A DNA stretch of 62,839 nt, counting the filler, from Calcarisporiella thermophila CBS 279.70 (taxonomy: Eukaryota > Fungi > Calcarisporiellomycota): the NCBI RefSeq assembly GCF_041956535.1. It is 4 parts of 3 records of this genome, joined end to end, with 100 filler letters (N's around TTAATTAATTAA, not from the genome) between each part and the next. Parts side by side here need not be neighbours in the genome. Positions count along the whole stretch, not along the records: positions 45,215 to 58,500 come from NW_027192192.1; positions 58,601 to 62,839 come from NW_027192256.1; 2 more parts are not named here. One strand, given 5' to 3'. The notes under the pieces were generated by a model. That model was not told the DNA's origin and did not search any database. It saw only the letters and a program-made list of their open reading frames with translations. Numbering within the stretch: position 1 is the stretch's first letter; each line of letters begins with the position of its first letter. The translations under genes and the position numbers were made by a program. Below, piece by piece: positions 46,383 through 59,652 of this stretch.

Positions 46383-48589
46383 ATGTTAAATTTTAGGAAT
46401 GGAAACTTATTAGCGGAGATACATGATACTCAGATGGAGATAAGTTTCGGTAGAATTGATAATACTGATTCTTCCACAGTTAATCTCGAATATGATAGAA
46501 AACAACATCAAAAATACTCGATAATGATAAAAGAGAAAGTACTTATCGTAGAGCTTTTTGGTAATTCCATTATTGTCTCAGTCGGGAAAGCACCATGCAT
46601 CGTCCCACATGATTTCTCGTCCAACGGGGACTGCTATTGCTTTGAAATTTTGCAAAACTTAAAATATAAGTACTCCCATGCTAATATTTGAAATGAATAA
46701 GCTCATCAATCTGTAATGTGCGATTTTCGATCCTCACATTTTGAAGAAGCTGCTACAAATTTTACCTTATCTAAACGCAGGAAGAAGTCAACTAGCAGCT
46801 CATTCTCGGAATCTCAGAGTAATACAACACGTTATATTGAGTACAATTCACGGGAAATCTCTTGTGAGTTATTCTCGAATGCAGATGCCTTGTGTTTTCA
46901 ACTCAGATTAAATTCACTTGGTGATCTACATCGTCTTCTAAGTGCCCAATTCATTGATAATGGCAATAATCTACTCCATAATCTATATCAGACCGATACA
47001 TTAGCGTTAGACAATGATTTCTTTTCCTCTCGACCTTTACCACTTTTTGTGAATAAGTTTACATTCCCATTACCAATTAATCAAAATGATCTCAAATGGC
47101 CCGCAAAACCTACCGGGATCGGGCGAAAACTTGCAGAACATCTCTTTTACGTCTACTTGAATGACTGCTGTTCATTAATTATGCACCCAAACAGAGCAGC
47201 TTTTCTCGAAAGCTACTATCGCGGCGAACTCGAACCAGCAATGATCCATACTGCAATTGCCTATTCTGCGCTCCATCTAATGCTAGCACATCCACAAATG
47301 CCTTTAGTACGGCATCTTCATCATTTTGTGGGAGGATTACTTGAAAAAGCAAGACAATCTTTGGAAGATATCTTTGATATACCGTCTCTACAGTCCGTAC
47401 TCGCCTTCCTCAATATGGAAGGGTGTATGGTTTGGCTCGCTCGTTTTGACGATGCATACAGATTCTATTCCCAAGCGGTACTAATGGCTTTCTCCCTTCA
47501 GATGGACAAGCACGTTCCACATGTTCAAGATCCTGAACAACTTGAGTTTCAAAGGAGAATCTGGTTAGTATAGCTCATATTGTACATCATCCTGATATAT
47601 CGGGCACATCAATTAAATTTTCTTATGTTTTTTATTTCACCTTAAAGGGCTTTAATCTGTAAAAACGAACTTAGGTATAGTTTTGAATTGGGCAAACCGG
47701 CACTAATTAGCTTCGAAGTTATCAAGAATTCTCCTAAGCCAACCCCTAATTCGAGTGACAGTGTGCGATACAAGATTTTTCTAGTAATGAGCGTCGTATA
47801 CTATATATATATTAATGTAAAACCTTATAGTATCTACTTGGTTTATTATTACAGCTATACGTGATGACGCACATATCGATCACTTCCAAGCTTTTAGAGA
47901 TTAAGGAAGTTGATTGGTCGCTCCCTGATATCACCATCGCTCATCAACTTATTAATGCCGCCGCATCCTTACAGAAAGGCCATAGTGAACTGAAAGAGTT
48001 TAGCAACACGCATGATTTGCAGCGGTATTGCATTTTCGATCCCGATTTTAACTTTTGGGTATGCTGGTGCTTGCTTTGGCGTCGCTTTATTAAGTCAGAT
48101 GCACCTGACGGTAGATTGGAAACAGACTTGATGCAGCAATTGCGAATACACGCACTCAATGAATATGTTAATGTAAGCGAAGTAAACAATCAAGGTTCTT
48201 TCACGCATAGAGCCCTATTTTCTGTTAATTTTTCATTCCTTCAATAGGGATTGTCTCATCATATTGCATCATTACGAAATGCCATTCGTGCCAAAAACTG
48301 GTGCAAAAACTTTCCATTTTTATACGTTCAAGTGATATGCGAGAATTGTAAGTTTATAACAAGTGCACATCCAAATATTGCGTTGCGACGATGGATTTTT
48401 CGGGAACTAGTAGTGATTCTCAGTTTGCTGTCATCGATTAAGAATAAGGGGGTTATAGAACATTGGCTCATACAGCGAATCACAGAGACGTTGGAGGAGA
48501 TGAAAACTCGCGTATCTTCAAAAGAGGAATTGGAGATGATGAACTTGTCTAAATTTATGCCTATTGCCATTAAATCTACCAAGAGATAA
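46383..48589 (+). CDS. Fungal-specific transcription factor domain (middle homology region) protein, multi-exon
   Basis: IMHPNRAAFLE..MIHTAIAYSAL..LLEKARQSL..PSLQSVLAFL..AYRFYSQAVLMAFSLQMD..EFQRRIW, followed by GKP. No Zn2Cys6 cluster is visible and the 5' end is uncertain. Confidence 0.7.
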
Positions 48590-49151
48590 TTAAATTCAAA
48601 ATATTTATGGAAGAAGCAATATTCTATTTCCATTTCTATTATAAACAATAGCTTAGGTATAGAAAATTATGTGGGCTTAATATAAAAAGCAAAAGGCATT
48701 TTGGCATGAACATCTAAAAATTCTTTACATTCTCCTCATCTTTATCTTGATCATGATCAAGAACCTACTCGTCTCAGTTCTGGGCAACCCTTTCCACGAT
48801 TTCTGGTCACTTGTCAGACAATAGGCCTCATTACAAGGAAAAAACAAATAGTTTCAAATTATTTCAATTGTAAATTTGTTACAAGTCGTCATATTAAAAG
48901 ATTGCTGCTATTCTGCTTCAACTATCAAAAAGAAATATTTCTCCATTGCAATCACAATAAAGTCGACCAATCCAACCGTGAGTGTGCAAAACTAGAACAT
49001 ATGAAGGTTTAAAAAACATCAAAATTCCAAAACTATGTTACATTGTTCAGAGCACACCTACTTATATAAAAAAACAACAATATCGTATTTTACTTGGTTC
49101 ACTAAGCTATTGAAAGTTGTGGCAGTGTAAAAAGCTAGTTGCATTGATTCT

Positions 49152-49920
49152 TCACATGACTACTTAACAATATTGCAATTAGATATCAACCGAGATATTA
49201 CAGTATAGAAGAGCCTACCAATACAGCAAGAGTTAGTTTTTTTAGAGGTTTTGTAAAATATTTTAGTTTGATTCGAAAGCTCGGTAGAATGTTCGATTAG
49301 CATGTCCATTTTTTCACCTCGCAATAACACAGACTCAATTGTCTTATGTAGGGCGATTTTGGTTTCATCGAGCTCTCTCTGAATACCCATGATTGCGTCA
49401 GCTTCCTTTGGGTCTTGATACTTATTAATGTATTCCCTTAATTCAGGATAAGATATTCCTTTCGTCCATTGATGTTTAGGACAACATGCAGTAAATTCAT
49501 CTAAAATCTTGTTTAATAATGAAAAAGCTACTCGAGGAGGATATTCTTTGTCAGAGATGATGACACCGCCTGCACCATCGGAACGGACATAAGCATGACC
49601 TACAAAGCCTACAAGCATTCTTAATTAATCACGTCTTCATCTTCATCTACAAGCATTAGTACCTTCCTCTTCAACGCTTTTTCTCTGGCCTGGATTAGTC
49701 CGTTCAATAATAGTACTTGCTACGAATCTCATAGATTCTTGAACACTGAATTATAAAAAAGGTGAAGCTTAATGGACAGCAATACTTATGAAGTTTGTTA
49801 AATAATATGTATTCACTATTTTCTTTGGAAATATCCAAAAGCTGAAAGCTCGCTCTCTGATGTGAGAGGGGTAGCAGGCTTGGTGTCGGCATTATGAACA
49901 GAAATTGAATAAATTTTCAT
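49152..49920 (-). CDS. YKT6: Longin R-SNARE Ykt6
   Basis: MKIYSI..ELSAFGYFQR, IERTNPGQR.SVEE, SDKEYPPRVAFSLL, KYQDPKEADAIM.IQRELDETK..LHKTIESVL.RGEK.D. A final intron yields the CCIVM CaaX end. Confidence 0.93.
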
Positions 49921-50619
49921 CTTTACAACAAAAACTTAATGCCAAGAAATATAACAGACAAGTTGAATATTTTCGAGTGTAAATGAAATATTCTAACTTT
50001 ATAAAAAATATTCTTATGCAAAGTCACTTAGCCACATACTTAGCCTAAGAATAAGTTTATATAATTTAAATCACTCGATAATAAGCCGCGAAACTGTTCA
50101 ATGTGAACTTAAAATACGTATGCAAAATTTATTCCAGACGACAATTGATAGTCTACACCGCATAGGTGTTAATTCCATAATTTGACTTCTTTCAGCTCTA
50201 TTGAAATATCCAATCATGCTATGAGTGGGCTCAAGTATGCAAGAAAATATATTTATAGTAGTTAGTTTGTTTACTAGTCCAGACAGTGCTGTTGCAGTAA
50301 GATTGATTGCCTTTGTTCTAAGGTAAAATATATAGGACAATACATTAATTCTATACAGGCAATCGCTCGATATGGGTGGATTGGATTTCTGAAATGGCAA
50401 ACTTGGGCCCTGTAATAGCCAAAGAAAGTAAGTCAATTCTGAGAACCTGAAGAGTTTTGCATCGGATCAAACGGAGGTTGAAACCGAATTTTGTGTGCAA
50501 CAAGGGTTTATCTACCCCGGCTGCTATATAACACAAAATTTGCCTATTTTTGAATATATATATTTATGAGTGCCATCGAAAAATAATCTTTCCCTTTAAG
50601 TTCTTTGCTAGCAATTAGA

Positions 50620-50910
50620 ATGCCGTCAAGTGTAAAATTGTTCGGTTTACTGATTTTAGCGGCCTGGGTAATAGTGGCCCTGTTTGATCCCATTGAAGCA
50701 CGATGTTTGGACGACGATGGGTCATATTGTATGAATGATTGCGCAGATGAATATTCTACACGGTCAGAATGGGAGGGATGTCTGGCTGGATGCATTACGC
50801 AGTATTATATGGGAAACCTGGAAAAATGCAGAGCCCTTACTACTAAGGCCACCTATAGACGTGGCTGTTCAATTGCCAGTAAATTTATGAGCAAGAAAGC
50901 TTTCAACTAG
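50620..50910 (+). CDS. Small secreted Cys-rich protein (96 aa)
   Basis: Signal peptide, 7 Cys including CMNDC and CLAGC. TATATAA at ~50525. Confidence 0.7.
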   Translation: MPSSVKLFGLLILAAWVIVALFDPIEARCLDDDGSYCMNDCADEYSTRSEWEGCLAGCITQYYMGNLEKCRALTTKATYRRGCSIASKFMSKKAFN

Positions 50911-51105
50911 CAGTACGATGTGTTTACTAATTTAAGTAATGTAACGAACGATTTTAGTAAGGACATTGTTTGATCAAAAATTACAAATGTAAAAAGCCTA
51001 TGTAAAATATTGAGCTCAATTGCTTTCGTAATTTATTTCAGAAACGCTAAGCAATTATGGTACATTGGAATTATGTATAGAATTGATATGGTTTTTTAAA
51101 TAAAC

Positions 51106-51477
51106 TTAGTTGCCACATCTAGATTTGCTTCTCATTTCCGTACGTAGTTGGTTTGCTTTAGCAATACATCCAGAGTCTTCATTGCAACCACTCTTAATCG
51201 AATTAACAATTGCTTGAATTGCGCCGAATTCATTGTTGCACATTCCGTGCCCATCGTTAATCGCCTGAATACCCGCGTTAGTGAAGCTGAAGCAGGAATT
51301 AAAACAGTCTTGTTTGGCTTTCCCATCAAAGGCGTTGCATTCTTGACGGCACCCATTCGCAAATCCTTGAATCACTTGTACCGGAGGTGTCCCAGGATTG
51401 AGATTGAAGTTTGCCAACAAAGCAGGCACAACAGTAGACAAACTCATAAGTGCAACAACAGTGAAAATTCCAGGCAT
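51106..51477 (-). CDS. Small secreted Cys-rich protein (123 aa)
   Basis: Signal peptide, 8 Cys including CRQEC and CFNSC. TATAAATA on the minus strand at ~51565. Confidence 0.75.
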   Translation of the reverse strand: MPGIFTVVALMSLSTVVPALLANFNLNPGTPPVQVIQGFANGCRQECNAFDGKAKQDCFNSCFSFTNAGIQAINDGHGMCNNEFGAIQAIVNSIKSGCNEDSGCIAKANQLRTEMRSKSRCGN

Positions 51478-54400
51478 TTTGTTTGTGATGAAATCTAAGG
51501 CAAATGGATTGATTTGAATATATCTGTGAATTGATAGAGGTGAAAGATCAGAATGCCCCTCTATTTATACTTTTTGGACTGTCCTAGATATTGTACTTGC
51601 ACACTACAATGGGTACTCAACATTATAAAATGATGTTTCAAACTTCCCAAAAAATGGCAAGAAATCCATACTTTGTCGAGACATTTTGACGTTTATTGGA
51701 ATTATTTAGTATTACACAATTGAAATTCTTTAAAGATAAAGATCATAAGGATTATTTACCAATCATGCCTCAACGGAGAAAAGAATAATTTCTTTTTACT
51801 CAAAGCATTGTATCATAGAAATACGCGGAGCAATTTAAGCGGAGACTGAAATGACATGAACAGCAGTATCCAATAAATAGAGGATACCGAGTTCAATCTA
51901 GTCCGAGTCCCGTGACATTATACCCAATAGGAAACGCTTAGCTTGCGAAGATTTTTCTGTCTAGAAACACCTCCCGTCTTTAATAAAACAGTTAGGAATA
52001 TGCCTGAGTTAATAAGACTATAATCTACTCGAAGATAATGATAAAAATCACTAGCTGATACAGACGTTTTCTGAAATAGGATACGCTATAAGAATCGTGT
52101 AACAATATAACAAACAAATAATATTAACCCCGCAACTGTCTAGAATGAAGCGATTTTTATTTGTTAAGCAGAATTCTTTGAGAGTCACGAGAGATTGGAG
52201 TCTAACTATATTCTAGACAAGAATCAAATGATACTTTTGCTGTACCGATCATAATCGGCACAACTTAGCTTTGATATCCAATGTTACCACCAAAGCTTTG
52301 ATTTATTTCCAATATCAATTCAAAAATGACATTACTAGAAAATTCGCTAACGGGTTTACTTCTTCAATACAAGGATACGAAGTACTACGAGTGATAGCTA
52401 TGGAAAATTCTCTTGCAAACTGTTTTCTATACTTTAATCAGTTGGCCTAATGACCTAGTATATGGTAGTTATTGGTGTCACTTATCCACGGGCTCTTTAG
52501 TCATCCATTTTTCGGGTTCGATTCATTTCCAGCGAAAAGAACTAATCTCGGTATTGAGATTGAAAAGTACGATTAATAAAGGAAGATGATAAAATCCAAT
52601 CCGTTTATTGGTCAAACTTGTTAAGGGCAAAATAAGCGGCAGTAATGATATTATTGCTGGATTCGACTGATTGGATAACTCTATTACGCTATAGTTGTTT
52701 CGCTCATTCTATGGTTGATAGTTTTGAAAGAGGAAAGTTATACAAGCAATGGAAGCCTTGATGTCTAAGCTATAGAAAATTGTTAGGCCTGAAATATTGG
52801 CTATATCATTAAATGCATTTATCAGCGACACGAGGCATTACATGTCCATAGCCGATTTCTTGGGGCAAATTAAAATGTCCTTTGTTATCTAGACGAATTG
52901 TAAGTATGCTTACACTCTAAAGCAATTGTGCAGAGATGTAATTCTTCAAATTGCTAATGAGCATATTCAACCATATTGGATAGTACTACATACGAGTATA
53001 TCATCTACCTTCACAACGAGTCTATTTATGTGAGTGAGTTCAAGGGAAATGAAATTCAAAGCTAGATGTACTATCTTGAAAGTCAATGATTTAATGGATG
53101 TTAGGATTATTAAATGTTTAATTATTCACATATCCTAAACCCAATATGAATGTGAAGCTTAGCTGTTTCTAATATCATAATATTAACTTATTTTAAATAT
53201 CGTTTTTTCCTCTGCCAAGCCTGTATTGTTCCGGTCGCAATAATTATCTTAGTTGAACACGTTCTTTACAAGAGCGCTGTAAAACAAATTTTGAGCAATC
53301 AAATTCTTGCAAACTGAATGTTCTGGTACTCAGAGTAATTTGATTACGTTTGATTTTTAAGCGTTTGGGCGGTAATACTTTTTCCTTGACCTACAGTATA
53401 TAGCGCTAAGCAATCAAACAAACATGTTACAAAATTGATTTGTTCGTTCAGAGTATATCGTTAAGTTACAAAGCATTTTATTTATTTTTTTCCTAGTATT
53501 GTGTTGATAGTAAAATGTATATACACATTAAGTAGAGTTCAAATATCGACGCATCATAGAAACAGCTTTGCAACGGTATTTGAACTGAGCACGTCTCTTG
53601 ATTAGATTTATGGTATTTCCGGTTGATTTAATTCTTCAATTCCACACCCAAATACCAAACATATTATACCAACAAATCATTGGAAGACGAACTGATAAGT
53701 TCTCACAACTATTCCAATGAATGCTCGAGAGTATTTGGTTGATATACTCTTACCTATTATTTTTATCTCTTACATTTCAAGCTCTCTCAAGAAAAACTTT
53801 ATACGGCTAGTATAATGAATATTGGAAATTCTTGGATTCGACACTTTAGTATTTGTACCATAATGTGTGTTATTTTTATATTTCACATTCATCCCGATCC
53901 CCTACCATTGAATAGGAGGACTTTTTTGCGCACTCTTCCTTTGTGAACTCCATATATTCTTTTAACTTTAATCGCCATTGTGTAATTTAAAATTAATTGC
54001 TTAAGAATGCGATTGGATCAAAAAATCTTGTAATATACTGGTCATATGAAGATATTTTCCGATTTACTATATATGTTCCCTTCAATCACCTAATGACATC
54101 GTGTGACAGATGTGAGAAAGATAATCATCAGTGGTTTATGATTAGCGATTTATAGGATAGTACCGAATTCTCTTTATTTTCATCTGTTCTACTATTGCAT
54201 TCCTTCGAATTATGTATTTTACCACCACAATCATAGGTATATCGAGGTAAGAGATACAAGTTATATTTGCGCAAGTCTAAATTCTGAAGGTGCAGCTCCT
54301 ATATTTGTATCAAAGTTTTTGAGGCTTAGTTCTCAAGAAAATTTTTCTCGAGGCTAGTTACCTCGATTTATTCGTAATCTGTACAATGTGATACAATACT

Positions 54401-54814
54401 TTTAAAAACGAAACGAAAATATACTGCTAGTAAATGAAGAAAATACACGGTGAAAAACATTGATTTCGGCAGGGAAGGGCTACCTCCAAATAAAGGAAGG
54501 AAAAGATTTTTGCGAAAGATTATCCTTATTTACTTTTTATGATGATACATAGAATCGAGGTACTGTAGCTTGTGATATAATGTATTTGTAAATAAACTTA
54601 ATCTTTTATTCTCATGAGAGCTGGTGCTACAGTACGTGAAATATATAAAGAGGATAGTGAAGTACAAAAGCGAAGAGAGCAAGCCTTTAATCACCTAACT
54701 GCCTATTTTTCCCTTCCCGGCCTTCCCTCTCCTTACTTTTCTTCCCTTTCCTTTCCTTTGTAATCATTCCCATCCGTCCTCCATAGTCAGTCTCTTCATA
54801 TCTTTTTGATAACC

Positions 54815-56305
54815 ATGAGGCTTGCATCCTATTTGACGACGGCGGTCTATGCCCTTGCCTTAGTCATTCCTTCTCATGCCGTTATCTACAAGCAAGACCA
54901 AGTCATGCTGGAAGGTATTGAGTTTCTCGATCATATCAGTGAAACTCGTCTAGTTGGAGGAGATTTTCCCGAGTATTGGTTCAATCAGAAGCGGGATCAT
55001 TATAGCAAACACGCTGGAAATTTCAAGCAACGCTACTTCCTAAACGACACCTACTATAAGCCAGGTGGACCCATTCTATGTAAGAATATTTTCTTAATAC
55101 TGGAAACTCAAAATCTTGCATTGCTGATCTCCCAGGATCTTACTCGATGATTAGTGTACGCTCCTGGAGAATCCACAGCTCGACCCATCGGAGGTGGGCT
55201 ACTCCGAGAACTTGCTAAAACAACCAAGGGTCTAATGGTTTCATTGGAGCACCGATACTACGGAAAATCGCTTCCCACCCAGCATTCAGATGTCCATGGC
55301 ATGCGTTTCCTGACCGTTGATAATGCACTGGCCGACATGGCCTATTTCATTCAGCATGTCAAGATCCCCGGAGTTAACACCAAAAAGGCCAAGTGGGCTG
55401 TAATCGGAGGCTCATATGGTGGAGTGCAAGCCGCATGGATGCGCCAGGCCTATCCAAAGCTCGTTCACGCCGCTCTAGCCTCCTCTGCTCCGGTGCAGAT
55501 TAAAGAAGATTTCTATGAGTATGATCTCGCCTTGACTGCTGCCTTGCCATGCTCTAAGGACCTTCACAAGATCACACGCCACGTTGACCAAGCCTTAGAT
55601 TCAGGGAACCGCACAACCATCGACAACATCAAGGAGCTTTTTGGTCTTCAGCAATATGACGATGAAAATTTCATCTTTGCTTATGGTGATTCTCTTGGTT
55701 ACCTTGTGCAATACTCCTGGCCACAGAAGGACCCGATTAATGCATTCTGCAAGCCCGTCACAGAAGCCAAGACCCTCGAAAACAAAATTAGAGCATGGGG
55801 CAAATACATTAATAGGCTAAATGACGACTTTCCCAATATTGCTCAGAATTACGATGATTTACACAAGAAACCAAATCATAATGATAACAAGTCTTGGTAC
55901 TGGCAGATTTGCTCCGAGCTTGGTTATTTCCAAACGGCTCCCCGAGGCAAATATCCCTCGGTGCGTTCTCAGCGGTACAACCTGAAGCTTATGCGAGACT
56001 TCTGCAAACAGACGTTTGGTAAGCCAATGCGCCCCAATGTTGCTAAGGTAAATCGTAAACACCATGGCTGGAATATAAAAACAACACGTATCCACTTTAC
56101 CGACGGCGAAATTGATCCTTGGCGCCGACTCTCAGTCAACGCACCCAATGCTCCGAAGCGTCGTAGTAACAGCAATAATCCACTGGCCATAATCGAGAAT
56201 GGATCGCATTGCACTGATTTATACTCGTCCACTAAATATGACTGGGAATCACTCCTAAAAGCCCGTGAAAGCACCATCAAAGCATTCAAGAGGTGGCTGC
56301 TATAA
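54815..56305 (+). CDS. Secreted serine peptidase, family S28
   Basis: Signal peptide, FNQKRDH..FKQRY..YKPGGPI, LEHRYYGKS, GGSYGG nucleophile elbow, ASSAPV, WQICSELGYFQ, GEIDPW and HCTD. One intron at 55080-55155. Confidence 0.93.
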
Positions 56306-56904
56306 TAGAAGACGCTATTTAATCTGTCCTAATATCTATATATAGATATTTAGAATTTTTTGTAATATTTAATAATGTTATTTACTAATCTTATCCTGAC
56401 CTACGGATAATTTGAAAAGGAAAGCCTATTTATTGTTTAATAATAACATATTATTTAATATATAGCTAATATAATTTAACGCCAAAATGCCATAACATAT
56501 GAACTCTACCGTATTTAACGGACTCTTCAGATCGCCTTCTGATATTTATGTCACTCTAAGTATGAAATAGTATTTATAATATCTATAGTTTAAAATTATA
56601 TAGCAAAAATGAACGTTACAACCTTGTTTTACAAGTAGGATATAGAAGAAATTTTCCAGGCGCTTGATAAAACTCAACAATTTTATTATGAAAACTGAAT
56701 CAATATTGTTTTTTTACCCTGGACGTTGATTACTGAGAAAGACCTCTAATAGAGCCCACTAGATATATAAGAGAAAAACAAGAAGCTGATATGATAAATT
56801 AAGAGATTACAGTATATCCTATTAGTTTTAGGAGGCTAAAACAAGTGTTATTTTTCTCCTCTGGGGCATATTTTTTATTATCATATATCCACTTGATAAT
56901 TTTT

Positions 56905-57120
56905 ATCAGAATGGAATGTAAATTTCTACGTCAATACCCCCTGTCATTGCTCCTTGCATCTCATGTGTTTATATTTGAATCTCTCCTAAAGAATTTTTAT
57001 ACTCGCTTGATTTTGCTTGTTTATTGCTACATCAATGATATCCTTTGAGCCCTGTGAAAACCCGGCAAACTCTCTCATGCGGGTTCAGCCTGTCGGAATG
57101 AACTCACAGTTTAGGTTAGA
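56905..57120 (-). mobile_element. SINE copy (same family as 22200-22425)
   Basis: Shared GAG.CCTG.GAAAACCCGGCAAA.TCTC body and a TTGACGTAGAA tail on the minus strand. Confidence 0.6.
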
Positions 57121-57239
57121 TTCTGTAGGAACTTATTTTTAATAAAACAGATACTTATTGAATGGAATAAGATATATTAACCTTATATCAAAATCACCAA
57201 GATAATGCCCCTTTCTTAACTTAAAACTGCAAAATAAAG

Positions 57240-57885
57240 AGGACCCGAATGCTCTTTTATCAATCAATGGAAACTTTAAAATTGCTAATGGTTTCCAAAA
57301 ATAACACAAAGTTAATATCAATGGTCTAAATATTGCAAGAAATTGGTCATGATAGATAGATATGTATCGTTGTTGTCGTAAACAACGCGAGTATCTATCA
57401 TCAGTAATAAGATCCAAACATTTATCAATTTAGCGATATTGCCACATGAAAAGTGGACAGCAGCCGAAAACTGTAAGTGTGTGCTGGTGTTGGTTACAAG
57501 CTTCGAACACGCACTGCTGACTATAGCAAAAAATAAGGGAGGTGGTCAAAATTTTTTTTTTATTAATCAATGGAAACTTTTTATTTAATTTCCATATATT
57601 ACATGAAGTTAATGTCAATGGACTTAACATAACGAGATATAGGTGCTTGATCGATAGGCGTGCAATCGATATGCGTGTATCATAGTTGTCGTGAATAGCA
57701 TGTACGTGAAACCGATGTAATCTTTGTACTTATCGTAGGAGTGATCTTTTCAAAAATGAAGAGTTTCTGATCAAGTGGACAGCGGTCACGATATAACAGT
57801 GAGTGCTGGTGGAGGAAGTAGGATTAGAACCCACGCCGTTTCATTCGGCATTCCTGGGATAGTCCACTACACCATCCCTTCCCCC
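57240..57885 (-). mobile_element. Two tandem copies of a third tRNA-headed SINE-like repeat
   Basis: The head at 57885-57807 reads GGGGAAG..TGGTGTAGTGG..GTGGGTTCTAATCCTACTTCCTCCACCA. Repeated blocks ATCAATGGAAACTTT, GTTAAT.TCAATGG and AAGTGGACAGC recur ~300-330 nt apart. Confidence 0.6.
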
Positions 57886-57958
57886 AAGGGTGGTGGTCAA
57901 ATGCAAGGATTTTGACAGAAAAATTTTAATATAAAAAGATTTTATCCCGAAACTTTTC

Positions 57959-58303
57959 TGTTACAGGCAAAGGGAGATTTCGTGGAGAGCTGTGCGGATT
58001 CCTTAATAATAAAAATAAGAGATTGGTGAGGAACAGTAAAACAAAATAGAGGGGCTTAAATAGAATTAAGAGATAAAGAAGATAGCTCAACTGGTGTTCA
58101 AGGATAAACAAAGATAAACCAACAAAATAGCAATCAACCTCAACAAAGTAACCATGAGGGAGCATAAGAGTAACCACGAGGGGTCGGCAACGTAGCGGTA
58201 AACAATTCTATTGGCTGCTCCACTTTAAAGATATCGCGCTTCCTGAATGCCTATGTGACTGCCTATGTGACTTCCCCGCACAAAAACCAATTATCTCGTA
58301 ACA
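57959..58303 (-). mobile_element. Solo LTR with 4-bp TSD (TTTC)
   Basis: TGTTAC...GTAACA termini with TTTC on both flanks. Homologous to 18908-19029. Confidence 0.8.
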
Positions 58304-58307
58304 TTTC

Positions 58308-58500
58308 TGTTACGAGGATATTGGTTTTTGGTACAGAGAAGTCACCTAAGCAGTCACTCTGGGATTCGGGGAGTGAGGTGGCGGTCTTTAATGTAGGCCG
58401 GTTTACCCGACGACATCACATGACGAGGGATAAGATTATATAGTGCTATGATATTGATCTTTTGTTGTTTTTTTGTGATCGTTTGTTTTGAAAAGATGCA
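58308..58500 (+). mobile_element. Related LTR in opposite orientation, cut by contig end
   Basis: Starts TGTTACGAGGATATTGGTTTTTG..GAAGTCAC.TA.GCAGTCAC, matching the 5' end of the adjacent LTR. It also matches 18757-18850. Confidence 0.7.
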
Positions 58501-58600
58501 NNNNNNNNNNNNNNNNNNNNNNNNNNNNNNNNNNNNNNNNNNNNTTAATTAATTAANNNNNNNNNNNNNNNNNNNNNNNNNNNNNNNNNNNNNNNNNNNN
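58501..58600. other. Artificial contig-joining spacer
   Basis: N44-TTAATTAATTAA-N44. Confidence 0.95.
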
Positions 58601-59652
58601 TTATTAACAGGGTCCTAGGGCATTCAGTAGAGTTTCGCCTTGATGCTTATTGGCGTGGGTTCGCATTTCGTCGCCTCTAATTTCTCCTAATATATTTAAT
58701 TATAGTTAAAAGCCGTGAATAGAAATGATATGAATTAATATCTTCAATGCTAGCTCAGATTTTTTAAAACATTCATAAAAGACGATAACTCTTTCACAGC
58801 AACTAGTTCTACTATTAGACATTAACACCATGTCAGCTAATAAACCACCTGAAGAGGTATCAATGATTGGCTTGGGAGATAAATTCCTACAAAAAAATAT
58901 TGTATGGATATATGGTAGAAGCAACCTATAAAACAATGATATGCCCCGATAAAAAATAGTAAAATCTGGTAAGTGTAGGGGTGTAAGTCGAAGAAAACTG
59001 GATTGTTGGCTAGAGGTTATTCACGTGAATTTTATTTAACTGGCTCTCAATCTATCAGTTGCAAATAATTGCTCTCCTAAGATAAAATCGGATCTTGGAT
59101 TAATCCAATTTTCACGGCCGAAAAATGACTGTACAAAAATTCCCGGCCTTGAAAAATTGGATATTTTTGTTTCGGCCGTGGAACACGAATGAAATAAATT
59201 GAATAAGCAGATTTTACCTGAATTAATTACTATGTTCCCCAGATGATATGTTTCTACTGTATTTCTATTCAATTCTTGTAGAACAAGATCTCAGGGCAAG
59301 TGGATTATATTGCATAAATATTTCACTCAAGTCCCTTTCAATTGATTACAATTGGTTCAATGGGTCTCTTTCAAACATAAAGTTAAATTTTTCTTTTAAA
59401 TTTAGGGATGTACTGGCTTTCCTAGTAACTCAAACTCTGACTTAAATGATGATGATATGGCGGTGTAATAAGCACAAGTAGGGTTCAACATATACTAATG
59501 TTTATTACAGTAAAAAAAGTTCGTAAAAAGACGTAAAGTCGATTCGTAAAAATTTCGGTTAAAGATTCGGTAAAGACGTAATTAAGTTCTACAAGTGGTT
59601 TTTATGTAAAGTAAAAATATCAGAGATCGATCGTCGATAAAATAAATATATA

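Noticed and set aside
49152-49230. Ykt6 seeming to lack its CaaX motif (ORF track ends CCIGRLF...CNIVK)
   Set aside because: A GT-AG intron after ATT G restores CCIVM-stop at 49152, the normal prenylation signal.
58608-58680. Degenerate tRNA-like sequence at a contig start
   Set aside because: It has only a partial B-box and no consistent cloverleaf; probably another SINE head.
59515-59600. Short CGTAAA/TTCGGT repeats as a CRISPR-like array
   Set aside because: The units are irregular with no spacers, in a eukaryotic context; likely transposon subterminal repeats.
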